Positions 1 through 11,980 of a DNA stretch of 64,000 nucleotides are shown here, one piece after another (the first letter of the stretch is position 1; every line of letters begins with the position of its first letter). The translations under genes were made by a program, and so were the position numbers. The DNA is from Sphagnum compactum (taxonomy: Eukaryota): contig OZ234494.1 in the NCBI GenBank assembly GCA_965153455.1, positions 2,790,001 through 2,854,000 of the forward strand. The letters are read 5' to 3'. The notes beneath the pieces are model-generated. The model worked only from the letters and a program-made list of their open reading frames with translations, was not told where the DNA came from and ran no database searches.

Positions 1-502
1 AATAAGTCTCTCTCTATTAGAAGTACCAACCACAAGAGGCTTTCAGACAACACACACTAACTAGGTTGGCTACCTAGTGCTAACCAAGGGTAGGTGGGTG
101 GTTGGGTTAGTTGTCAGCAGATTTGATGGTAGCCAAAAAAAGCTGTGTGTGTAGTTAATGCCTCTCTGCCAAAGTTGAAAATTTGGTCATGAATAATTTT
201 TTTAAGATAGGCCTCCAAATTATTAAATGGCAAAATGTTTTAATTGGGTGTCCAATCCATGTGCACCAAGTGTTCCCCCCTATTTTTTTTTGTCAAGCAA
301 TAATCCCAAAACCTTTTTGGACAATATGAATTTAAATAAATAAATAACATACCTTGATTTTATTATTATTGTAATACCAGGTAAAATATAAAGCTGTATA
401 TATATATATATATCTATTCTTGCCCCTTGGGCATATATTGGAGTTTTGTAGGCTACTTGAGACCCAGGGCTTTTTTTTTTTTCCTTTTTTCTTTCCCCCC
501 AA

Positions 503-568
503 TTTTGTGATGTAGCCAAACCTGGGGGATCGTCCACAAGAAGATTTAGCCAAATTGGGCTATAACCA
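503..568. repeat. Dispersed MITE-like repeat fragment, copy 1
   Basis: TGTAGCCAAAC..G..ATCGTCCACAAGAAGATTTAGCCAAATTGGGCTATA recurs in diverged form at ~10192-10320 and ~48810-48990. Confidence 0.7.
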
Positions 569-1587
569 AAATAAATTCAGGACTTTCAAAGAAATTATTA
601 AGGTGAAACAATAAACCTATAAGAAAAGAACACCGTAATAAATTCTTAATGGTTCTTAATGCCAATATCTTAAGAGAAAACATAATAATTAAATATTTGA
701 CATGAAAGTGCCGAACTTGCTAGGCTACTAAATATATACATTTATTCTTGCATTGCATGTTAATGTGTTTTTATTTTCAAAGGAGGATATTAAGTGGACT
801 ATCATAAATAAATAAATAAATAAACTATATTGGGGTGTCATTGCAAACATAGTAGAAACCGAAACACATATTTGCTCTACATTATACACTTAGACTCACA
901 CATGAATGGGGTCGAGATTTTTATGAAGTAAGTAATTTTCCCCAATTAAACTTAAAAAATGACCGTGCATATAGTAATGCATATCCTAAATGCCGTTTTT
1001 CTTTTCACCAAAATTAAGGCTATTTTAGGATATGCAATATGCACACCATTTAAGTTTTAATCGGGGAAATTTTAGGGCTTTTTTAAAAAGGTTTTTCACA
1101 CTAAGTGAAAAAAAAAAAAATCCCAAAATGTTCCTGTTTTTGGTCGAAAACTTGAAACTTTGTATAATAATACCAAAACAAAGCCAATTGCAATAACTTA
1201 TCATTTCTTCATATAAATCAATCGCACAGACTTGTTTGTCAGAGACTTTGTCAATTGGGTTTTGTGTTTCCACTTCAGTCTTCTTCCTCTTTGGTTTGGT
1301 TTTTCCCCCATTGCTTGCGACATTATTGTTAGTTTCATTAAAGGCAATAATAGCATCCATCCAAACATCCAAGTCCAAACAATCTTGTCACTGAAATCAC
1401 GGAGTGTGCTGATTGATGCACTGCACTGCACTTTGAGAGAGAGAGAGAGAAAGAGAGATGGTGCAAAAATCTTCCTCTGTCATGTCATATATACTACTTA
1501 CACACATAATTTTCTTTCTGTACGTAAACCCAAAAAAATCTTTGAAAAGCTTTAATTGGACATGCAGCCCGATCAATCAACGACCAC

Positions 1588-1915
1588 ACACCAATTTTTG
1601 AGAGGTTGTTTTTGTTGTGGGTGTTTTTTTGTACAATAATTTGTTGCAGAAAACATGTGTAGCAAATGAAAGGAAAGGAAGTGAAGTGGTGTTATTGTTC
1701 ACACTTTTTGCTTCTTTTGGTTCTGCAACTAACATATTATTATTACACCAATTTTTGAGAGGTTGTTTTTGTTCTGGGTGTTTTTTTGTACAATAATTTG
1801 TTGCAGAAAACAAGTGTAGCAAATGAAAGGAAAGGAAGTGAAGTGAAGTGAAGTGGTGTTATTGTTCACACTTTTTGCTTCTTTTGGTTCTTCAACTAAC
1901 ATATTATTATTATTA
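1588..1915. repeat. Direct tandem duplication, 157-bp unit x2
   Basis: ACACCAATTTTTGAGAGGTTG... starts at 1588 and 1745. The copies are nearly identical; the second has extra GTGAA and TAT units. Confidence 0.92.
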
Positions 1916-2994
1916 TGGTGTTTTGTGTCTTGTCTTGTAGCGAGAGCTATAAGTGCTCCCCGGGGTTTAAAGGGGTCAGAGGTCAGTCACTAGTAAGCTA
2001 CTGGGTGGGTGTATACAATTAAAGCCGAAAGAAAGAAAGACTGTGCAAATTTTGACAGACTTTTGTAGTGGGTTGCATGACAGCTTGCATATCAAACTGA
2101 CAAACCCTAATTCAGCTCAGATATCATGTGACTTGAGAGATTAGGGTAAGGACCACTAACTATGGGGGCTGTTTTTGAGAGTGAGGGAGGGTCCTGCACA
2201 TGGTAGGAGCTCAGCTACACAGACCCAAATTCTCGGAACAGCCCCATTCAAGGTCTGTGTACCAGTGTTGGCCGATTATACATCAACAACAGCTGGTTAT
2301 GCATTACAAATAATTGGCCATATATGGATGAATCCATATCTGGAATTTTGTAAGTCCCCAATATTCGGCTTCTATACACAACTGTTGGATGTATGTTATG
2401 TATGATCCTTATAATGTAACCATATTTGATTCAATGATATTTAACACTTAAAATCATGTTCAGCTCATTAGGGTTTTGAAAATGCTGGATATGATTTTAG
2501 GGTTTAGCTCATTTCAGCTAGAATCTGTTGTGATTTCCTCTCAATAGTTTTCACTTTGCAACTTTGCACTTTTAATCTTGATGATGATGATGCTCAAAGT
2601 TGAAAGCGCACTTGATTTGTAAGCTTCTAGGTTTCATTGAAGTTTTTTTGTAAGTCAATTTGCACGTTTTGTAATTTTGCATTTTCACCAAGCTTTCTTT
2701 GCAAGTTGAATTGTAAGCTTGTAAGTTTCATTGAGCTTCTTTGTAAGTCAATACAAGCTTGTAGGTTGAGGTTTTAAATTTGAGGATCTCATAGCACTAG
2801 CTAGAGGTTGTTTTTTTCTATTGTGACCTTCACAAGGGCTGAATGTGTAAACATGTTTAGTGCCTTTTGCAATGCTAGAAACCTTGCCTTTCCCGATGCA
2901 CTTTATGATTTCAAGTAAGTTTTTACTTTCTATCAGATTCTAAATTTTTTTGCTTTTTTTCTTTTAGTTATGTTTTGCTTGCTTTTTTATTTTG

Positions 2995-3430
2995 TTGTTT
3001 GGTGGCGTTGTTCAACGAATTGGCAAAGGCTACAATTTGTAGTTTGCAGTTCTTGGTTTCATGTTTCATTTTTGCTTAGCGAATTGATAGAAGTTGTAAA
3101 TTGCAACTTGTAATTCTTGGTTTCGTGTTTTGTTTGTTGTTTGACAAATTGACATAGGTTGTAACTTGCAAGTTGTAATTCATGGATTTGTGTTTTGTTT
3201 GTTGTTTGACAAATTGACATAGGTTGTAACTTGCAAGTTGCAATTCATGGATTTGTGTTTTGTTTGTTGTTTGACAAATTGACATATGTTGTAACTTGCA
3301 AGTTGCAATTCATGGATTTGTGTCCTGTTTGTCGTTTGGCGAATTGCTAAAGGTTGTAGATTATAGTTTGTAGGTCTCAGTTTCATGTTTCATTTGTTGC
3401 TTGATGAAACTTGCGATTCTTGGTTTTGTT
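2995..3430. repeat. 65-bp minisatellite: 3 near-perfect copies plus about 3 degenerate flanking copies
   Basis: GACAAATTGACATA occurs at 3143, 3208 and 3273 (period 65), with degenerate units on both sides. Confidence 0.88.
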
Positions 3431-3599
3431 TATTATTCAACACTTGGTGAATCAATGGGTTTTATTGTTTGGCAAAGTAGTAATCTTTTGCAACACTACA
3501 TCACATGTAAGGTCATAAACTCCAATTTTTATTCCTTTGTTTTGTTTTTGAGTTTAAGGTGTTTGTATCTTAATGGTTCTTTGTTTTTTGTGTTTAGGT

Positions 3600-5700
3600 T
3601 TCAAGTTTCAATGGTTGAAAAGAAATGTTATTTTGTTGAGAATGTGGGTGGAGTTGATGAGATACTTTATATCAACTACCCCTACTTAGATGAGGTCTTC
3701 ATCAGTTTCAAATGTTGAAAGTGTGCATTTACAAAATCCCAACATGTTAGATCTTGATCTTTTGCAACTTATAGTTATAAAACCACAATATGTACGTTGG
3801 AAAAATTATAGTTGTATGTCTATATGTTGGGGATTTTTTTGTTGTCAACAATGGCTTGTTTGTGGATTGGTGAAACTACAAATGTTGCGATGCGTAATAT
3901 AAGATTTAACCAAACATTTGGCAATGTTTTTGCATAAAGATCTACTCGTTACAAGGGTTTAATTAAATACAACAAAGTTGATGGTATAATTCCCATGAAT
4001 ATTCATGTGCAAGTTGCACATTTAAAATTGCTTGCTCAAAGGAATTAACTTAACAAAAAGGTGGCAGAACATGTGGTTCATGTTCAACAACCGTTGTCCA
4101 TCTTGCTATGTAATTATTGAGTTTTTTAGTGCCACAAACCCCCCAAAAAAAGATGAACAATAACACCAATTTTTGGAGGATTTGATGTTTTATATTTGCA
4201 AAGGTTGTAAACCCTTGTTCACTTGTGAAAATGTTTGGTTTTAGAGGTTAGTTTTACACCAATGCCTTCATGTTCAATTTCTTTCTCGATCTTCTCTTGT
4301 GGAAGAAATGTTGCCTACCATGGTCAAAAAAATCACGAACCAGCATGTTATGTCAAATCTTGCATCTACAACAATAATGTCTACAAGTTTTGAACTATGG
4401 ATGTCTTGTGGCGATGTGGACAATTTTACTTAGATTATCAAATATTGAAATGACATTTGAATGCCCATGCATATTATTGTGAGGTTGTTTGATGTGAATG
4501 AAGCAACCAAATAGTCCATGGCTATACAACTCCAATATTTGGTTTGTTGCATTGGGTAATTACATTTGTAAAAGATGAAGGCATTAATTTGATAGCTATG
4601 GCAATAACTTTGTATTCCATCATTGATTGTGAACTGTTGAATATTTTTAGGGCTTATGAGGGCACATGTTTTGGGCATGTGGTGTTCAAGCCTTGGTAAT
4701 ATGTTAAAATGATGACAAAATCTTTGTTGGGCTAAGAAATGTGAATGTGAAAAAAGTTTAGATTGGTTTATTGAAAACCATTACTTGGAACAAAAGTCTA
4801 GGAAAGGGAGGTAAGGATGGTAGTGGGCTTGCTTTGAAAGTGGGATGTGACATTGAAAATTAAACTTTCGTGTGAATATTACATTTGCCAACAAGGTCAT
4901 TATGTTGGAAAAAATCCTTAAGTTTAAAATGCCATAATTTTTTGTTATGGCAAACAAAAATTTATTGTTTTATAACAAATAGTTACTAAAGCCCAAGCAT
5001 CAACTATTACTGAGGTAATCATATCTACCTTGAATCTTGTTGTATTAACCTATGTGATGAATTTATTTATGGGCCATTGGTTGTTGTTAGATGCCTTGAC
5101 AACAATTATTACCCTTATACAAATATGGAAGTTACGCTATTGCACCTTTCTACCGGGTTTGAAATCTCTAACCCTATTCAAGTTGAAATTCTCCTTTTGC
5201 ACATGAATATGCAATTGGAGGTGATAAAGGTAGTTAAATTTTTTTTAGGAGTTTTTGAGGTCTTTTGATGCATGATAGGCTCACAACATGATGGTTATCA
5301 TGTTGGATCCATGCTTTAAGGCTTTGCACATTGTGGAAAACTTGGTGGGACATGGGTTTGTAATCCAGTCGGCATTTGAATATGATGTCAAAGTTTTCAT
5401 TCCTCTTTTAATGGTGTGTTTTGGTTAATTAAACCTTAATGCCACTCCATCTACTACAACAATAATTGATATTGTGTGACTGAAACTTGAAAAAAATATG
5501 TTGGTGTGGGAGTTTCAATTGAGGAAGCCTTCTTAAACACTAGTCACTAAAAAAATGTTTTTGTTTGAGAGGCCCTTTATTTCTTCATCTACATGTGTAG
5601 ATCCACTAGCTTGGTGGTGCATGCATGAAGGCTAGTTTTCAATTGTGGGTTACCTTGCAAAACAAATATTTGGCCAAATTTTAACATGAAACAATACTTG
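3600..5700 (+). mobile_element. Degenerate hAT-superfamily transposase relic
   Basis: Translated fragments: SFELWMSCGDVDNFT (~4385, catalytic-D region, FDLWMS-like), MVIMLDPCFK (~5290) and VDPLAWWCMHEG*FSIVGYLAKQIFG (~5597-5675, hAT C-terminal dimerisation domain). Many stops and frameshifts; boundaries approximate. Confidence 0.8.
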
Positions 5701-7928
5701 AAAAGAAAAATAAAATTGGCAAAGGATAATTAGAACTTAATTGGAGGACATAAGTTTTTTTGAAGAATTTTACATTAATGTGATTAATTTTGTGGGGTTA
5801 AGTTGAGTTTCTATGAGGTGTGGTTGGGGTAAAGAATTTGTGCTACAATTGGGTACAATTTTTCATAAAATTGGATTCAATTACCTTGCAAGTTACTTTG
5901 TTTTGGATTTGTTAATGTTGGTTTTGTTCTAGGAAGGTGAATTATGTTCTTGTAAGTTTTTTTTAAAGCAATAGAATTGAAATTTTGATATGCATAACCT
6001 TTGTGCAGATTCGTCATGTTTTAAAAATTGAAAATCATCATATTCATAATCAACAAATGAATTTTTTTTTAAAAAAAAATGTAACCGGCTAGTGTAGTAA
6101 ATTGAATTTCTTTTTTGGAATACATATCCTTCTTTGTTAATTTTTTTATTGGTATCCATAAGATAGGTTTAAAAGTTGATAACTAAACAAAATTGGTCCA
6201 TACCACTCTTATGCAAATATAGGAATCTATTATAGATACTTGTCAATTATTAACTTCAATATATACGCACTTACCCAACAAGGGTGAAAATTTTGAAAAA
6301 ATAAGACTAATGGTTCTTTGTGTAAAATAAAGCCCTAGGATTAGGGCTTTACATGGTCTACCGATGGTGGCACTTGAAAATAATGGAGTGCAATGGAAAA
6401 AAAGGAATTATTGGTTTTAGTTATTTCAAAGCCCAAAAAATTCACTTGTTTTCATGCTATAACTTGTAAAGAACCAATGGTTTTATAGGTGGTTGTTTCA
6501 AATTTTCAGAATTAAGAATTGTGTTTATACATTAGAATTGGTTATTTGATTTTGGGGAAAACTGCATGTAAGAACAATTGATCGTTTACCTAGCTTAAAA
6601 AGTTGGTAGAATTTTGCTTTCATTAATCAAGTGTGGTTCTGCATTTTGGTACTCTCCCTCACTGATGAACTTTAATTATTGTAAACCACTGATCGAAAGT
6701 CACCATGACCTAAACATACATAGACCATAAGGTGTAGGAGGGGGAGGGGTTTGTCCACCTACTCTTTGAGGGTGGTAAGGATCTTATAACTTTTCAAAGG
6801 TGTAAAATCCTCCCACTCCAAAAGTAGGCATAAGATTTGTCTCACTCTTAAGGAGTTAGCATAATTTCCTTTAGTCGTCCTTTCAATTGTTTGGATGCGA
6901 TAATGCTTCACCAGTTGGTCATGGCACAATGTTTTTGCTTTCATTCACATTATTTTCAAGATTTGCCATCATCCATTGGTGGTGTCAAGGATTCATCCAT
7001 AATTTCCAAAATACATCAAAATCAATATTTTTCAACCAACCCAGAACTAATTTTTTAGGATTTTGACCCATTGTAGCAATTGTAGGTCTAAGTCTTTCAT
7101 GACCCATCATCAAAAGAGGCCCTTTGAACAAAATATGTGCCAATTATGATTGTTTAGGAATAAAATGAAATCATTCAAGTAAAGGGTATGATGTATTATG
7201 ACAATCATATGTAAATACAAATATGGGGCTTAAATGATGTGATTTACCCCATAAATGTTTTTGGAATGTGTCATTATATGTCAACTACACATTTGTCCCA
7301 AAAAATGCTAATCAAAAAAGAAATGTTAAAGATCTAGGGGTCTTATGTATGTATACTTGAGCAAAAGAAAACACTTGAATTTGAATAGTGAAATTGTCAC
7401 AAATTGAAAGGTGTTTGATTTTATAAATTATTGTAATTCAAATTTTATTATGATTGTAATTCAATTCCAAGTTTCCACACTTCCTATTTTTTTTCATACT
7501 AAACTTCAAAAGGTAAAATTCTCATTAGTAAAATGCAAGAGAGGCTTCAAAAACATTATTTTGCCCCACCTTGAAAACCATTGTCTACATGTTTGTCAAC
7601 CAAAATCTTCCCAAGGGACATACATAATTCATTCACTCTCTTTCTCAACATGGAAAATTGAATTGAATTTAGCTTGATATAATATTACTTTGATCAAATT
7701 TAAGACCCCCATTTTGGAAATTACAAGTTTCTTGTATGGTATTGGAAAAATGCCTAAACCAACCTCCTAGAAGCAAATATAACATTTTGAAAACTTAAAT
7801 AACATTGATGATCTAATTCAGAGTAATTCAAACAATCTTTATTCCATCATCATTATTATTCATGTATAAACAATTGATAAAAAAATTGTTCCTCTACAGT
7901 TATATCTCCATCTAAAGGATTGATTTAG

Positions 7929-9514
7929 TTAGAAATCATCCCTCCAAGGATTTTGTTGTTGAAATTTGAAAGGTGATAGGTGGAACAAATCTTCATGTTC
8001 ATTGAAGGCTTCCAACTCTTCCATCCATTCAATAGTTCGCTTAAATACATCAATATTCCTATTGCACGCATAATTCTTAATGTTTTTTAAACATGGAAAG
8101 GAATTTTTTTTGTTATGTGATTTCAATATTAAAAGGAAGCTCATGAAATTTGAAAAATAAATTATAATCAACATAATTACCTAGATGTCATTGGTCCCCC
8201 TTTAGGTTTTTCTTTTTCTTTGGACTTTGGTTTTGTTGGTGGAAGTATAGGCATTTCCATTGGTGCAAATTGCATTTCATAAGTAGCTTGTGGCATGTTA
8301 AATTCATATTGTTCAACAATAGGAACCACCCTATATCAAACAAAAATATGAATTTTCACACATATGAGTATTGGTTGCTTTGGAATACTTATGTGTTTGT
8401 TCAATTGTTTACATGTTAGATGAAACATCAAGTTTATCATTGAAATGGTTAAGACTCAATGCCAAATTGTGAGTGATGGAATTATATAAAACTCACATTT
8501 ATAAAATCTAAATTGGTCAAGTCATGTCCATATCATCCATCCAACTAATTATTCACAATGTTTTTTTAATAAATCTTCAATCCTTGAAGGAAAAGGGAAA
8601 TCATATTGCCCTTTATATAGTGGGAAGCTATAAGGTTGTCATAAGGTTGATAATTTTATCATACTATAATGTTCAAATGATTTGTGCATATAAAAGATGA
8701 AATGCAACTATGTACAACAAGAAGAAAATTGAATATTTAATTTCAACAAGCTTTTCTTTTTCAAATACATTATACAATTTGGGTTTGTAAGGTGGAATTA
8801 CAATACTTACTGAGAGGCATCTGGGGATTGTTTTTTGGCTGAAGGGATGGAACCACGAATAGAGCCTGAATATTGTGATTGCAAGTTCATGCTAACATTG
8901 CTTGTTTGCATGCTATTTTGTTTTGCTTTATTTCTTGAATGACATGAATTATCTCCATAATCCGAAGAAGAATAGCTTTCACAGCTTGGAAACTCTTTTC
9001 TTTTCTTCCGTTTGTAACTGTAACCTTCATAATGCTTTGTTCGTTTCTTGTATTTTCTCTTCCCATTCCGTGGCTTACGAATTTTTTTTTGATGTCTTCT
9101 CTTTATTCTTTTTGGATTCATTGGTTTTTGTTTGTGTTTTTGAGTTGAATTTTTGCAACTTGTTGATGGTGGAGAAACTTGAAAGTTGTGTCCATTTCGA
9201 ATAAGCTCACCATTTGAAATCATCCTCTTAATTGTGGATCCAATTTCTTGCCTATAATTGGGTCCCAATGGCCCATAAACTTTTTCAATGTATTTGCGGA
9301 TAGCTATTGCACTTGATCCTTTACATGAATTAAGACTACTGATGGTGTTGTGAATGAGATTTGCATACCAAAGGTTATTGTTTGTATGTGTATCTTGGGT
9401 TTTAGGTTGTACTATTGTTGGCATATGCAAGTTTTTTGCTTGACCTTTTTGTGAGCCTTCTATTTCCATTGATCTCTTTGAATTAGATTTAGAGGGATTT
9501 GTGGTTTTGACCAT
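7929..9514 (-). CDS. Divergent linker histone H1 / GH1-domain protein with K/R-rich block. Proposed exons 9514-8811, 8330-8181, 8058-7929 (327 aa)
   Basis: GH1 winged helix YANLIHNTISSLNSCKGSSAIAIRKYIEKVYGPLGPNYRQEIGSTIKRMISNGELIRNGHNF, then KRIKRRHQKKIRKPRNGKRKYKKRTK. The ORF stop lies inside a perfect donor, CA|GTAAGT. Two downstream open, phase-compatible exons have canonical splice sites. Confidence 0.8.
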
Positions 9515-10191
9515 TTTTGCTACACTTGATGTTTACACCATTGTCATTATTCAAGTAACAATTCAAATGTGCAATTAGCTTTAATAACTTATAATCTCAT
9601 CACACCTTAAAAAACTATAAATGTACAAATGAACTCTTTTTTTTCACTCGATGCATATCTAACACCAATTGTGGTGTGTATTACTTGCTAGACTTGCCAT
9701 TTCATTATGAATTCAATGAACTATTAAAATGTTTGTCCACATGATTCCCTTTTTGTTTATGGAAATTCTTGCACTAATCATTTAATTTATACATTTTCAT
9801 AAATAATGTGCAAGATATAAAGACCATGCTTTTTCCAAAATTATGAGGAATTAACATTTTCATTTACATGCCTAATGATTTTATAGGCTAGAATTTTCGA
9901 TCCCCATTTTCTTTTGTCTTTTGCAAGGTTCTCTAGCCATGCTCCTACAAAGGTAACTAATAAAGATGTACCCTTTGGTATATGTCTTTTGATGTTCATT
10001 CCAAAAGGGGAAAAAAACTATGCAACCATTTATGGCATCTCTTGGCCCATTTCAAGGTAGTTTAATTTTTTATTTTCAAGTTGGTGGTGCTTTCAAGTAT
10101 TTTGTGGATTGAATGCCAATTCTATTCATTAGTTTGAAGGTCATTAAAAACATCAAATAACCCACCGAACACCACTCTTTTTCTTTTTCAA

Positions 10192-10320
10192 CTTTGTGAG
10201 TTTGCTCAAGTGGCAATCATCCATAACCATATTTAGCCAAATTTGTTGATATTAAAAATATCAAACTAGAAAATCTTAAGCACCTTTTCATATTTTAGGC
10301 AATTGTGGCATTTGTTTTGG
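10192..10320. repeat. Dispersed MITE-like repeat fragment, copy 2
   Basis: GGCAATCATCCATAACCATATTTAGCCAAATTTG is similar to the copies at 503 and 48810. Confidence 0.6.
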
Positions 10321-10387
10321 ATTTTTTTGTTTTTTTGACAACCCATATATTCTATCATAAATCCCCTATCTACAACCCATAAACCTA

Positions 10388-10662
10388 CCACCCTTGGCTA
10401 TAACTATATACCAGCTTCCACCCTTGGCTATAGCCATACACCTTCCCACCCTTGGCTAAAGCCTAAAACCCATATACTTACCACCCTTGGCTATAACTAT
10501 ATACCAGCTTCCACCCTTGGCTATAGCCACACACCTTCCCACCCTTGGCTAAAGCCTAAAACCCGTATACTTACCACCCTTGGCTATAACTATATACCAG
10601 CTTCCACCCTTGGCTATAGCCATACACCTTCCCACCCTTGGCTAAAGCCTAAAACCCATATA
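10388..10662. repeat. Higher-order minisatellite: 13-bp core CCACCCTTGGCTA x9, arranged as a 93-bp unit x3
   Basis: Cores at 10388, 10418, 10446, 10481 and onward. Three spacer types (17, 15, 22 bp) cycle A-B-C three times. Confidence 0.95.
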
Positions 10663-11980
10663 CCTACCTACCTACCAACCTTAGGTGGCCCAACCAACAA
10701 AACCCACCCAGGCCCCACATGATGGAACAAGCTTTGGTTGTGGAACAAGAGACGTTAGGAGTTAGGAGAGGGGAATGAAGGGTTTAGGGAAGGAAGGAAG
10801 GAAGGCAAAAATTCATTGCGAGCTTTGAGGAGGAGCAAGCTCTTGGACAAATTCTTCTTCGCTTTATAAGACAATGTCAAATGTCAAAGTGGAGAGAAAT
10901 TTCATCATTCTTTGCAAGGAACTGATCCTCCACATCGAATGTATGCCTGCATTCCCCCTTTGAAGAAAGGCCCTTTTTTTTTGGGGCATTCTGCAGATTT
11001 TGTACACGCATGCTATTCTCATGCAGACGCAATCTGAAGAGAGTTTAAATCCTCTATGGTTTTTGTGGGATCTGAGTGATTCTTTGCTGACTTCTACAAG
11101 AAATCTGCGGATCCCACTTTGTTGAGCATGTATTTTCTAAACATCACCATTGCCCATCGGAGAACACATCTAATGTAAGGTTGTGAAGGAATGATGGCTT
11201 TGAGACAAGATGCCACTTCTGTCGGGTAGGCATTCTCATTGTCTTTGAATTTGGGTATAATGAGATTCATGGACAAAAGAAATTGCATACAAAATAGGTG
11301 TTGTGTCAAGCAAACTATCACTACATCTGTGACACTTTGAATCACCATGGAGAGACTTTGTGTCAATACAGCTAGTAGTACTACACCATACATGTCCCAC
11401 ACAGAGATGGCATATAAAGTCAAAAGAAAGAGCACAAATGGGTAAAATCTGGAATGCAAACTTCTATACCTAAAAGGAAATTCAGGAAAGAAATATAACT
11501 AAACTCTTAACGGGATGCCTGCTCAAAAGGCTGTACAATGCTGCTGATTCAGCTAGCTAAAGCGAGGCAAAAGATTGCAACGATAGTTTTTCAGAGATTC
11601 CCAAAGATTTTCCAACTGCTGACAAAAGATTGTAAAATCCCTTCAAGCAAAAATCCAGCTGCCGCACAAGAGTGTTGTCATCACAAAGTCTGCAGAGAAA
11701 GAATTTCAAGGTTAGAAGATCTGACAAATCTACAACCATACAAAGAGCAGAAGCTTTAGAGTGGACTAACAAAACCCCTCCATAGAAACTCTCAGTTGGA
11801 GTGAAAAAAACATACTAGGTATGAGCTTGGCAAGCCTTTCATGAACCGAAAACTACAAGTTACAACAATCAGGATCAAGATCCAGCTGATTCCTTCTGTA
11901 TTGGCTAACAAAACTCTTTTTGGGGGTCGTGGGCAACCGCAGGTTGTACCTATCCATGGCCGCTTACTGGGAGCTTGGGT

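Noticed and set aside
1025-1431. Possible gene from minus-strand ORFs (117 aa, 76 aa)
   Set aside because: No recognisable domain or consistent exon chain; may be UTR or non-coding.
10388-10662. CRISPR array
   Set aside because: The core is only 13 bp, the spacers repeat cyclically, there are no cas genes, and the context is eukaryotic.
11094-11459. 121-aa hydrophobic ORF
   Set aside because: No family motif; it lies in the likely 3' UTR or intron region of the bHLH gene.
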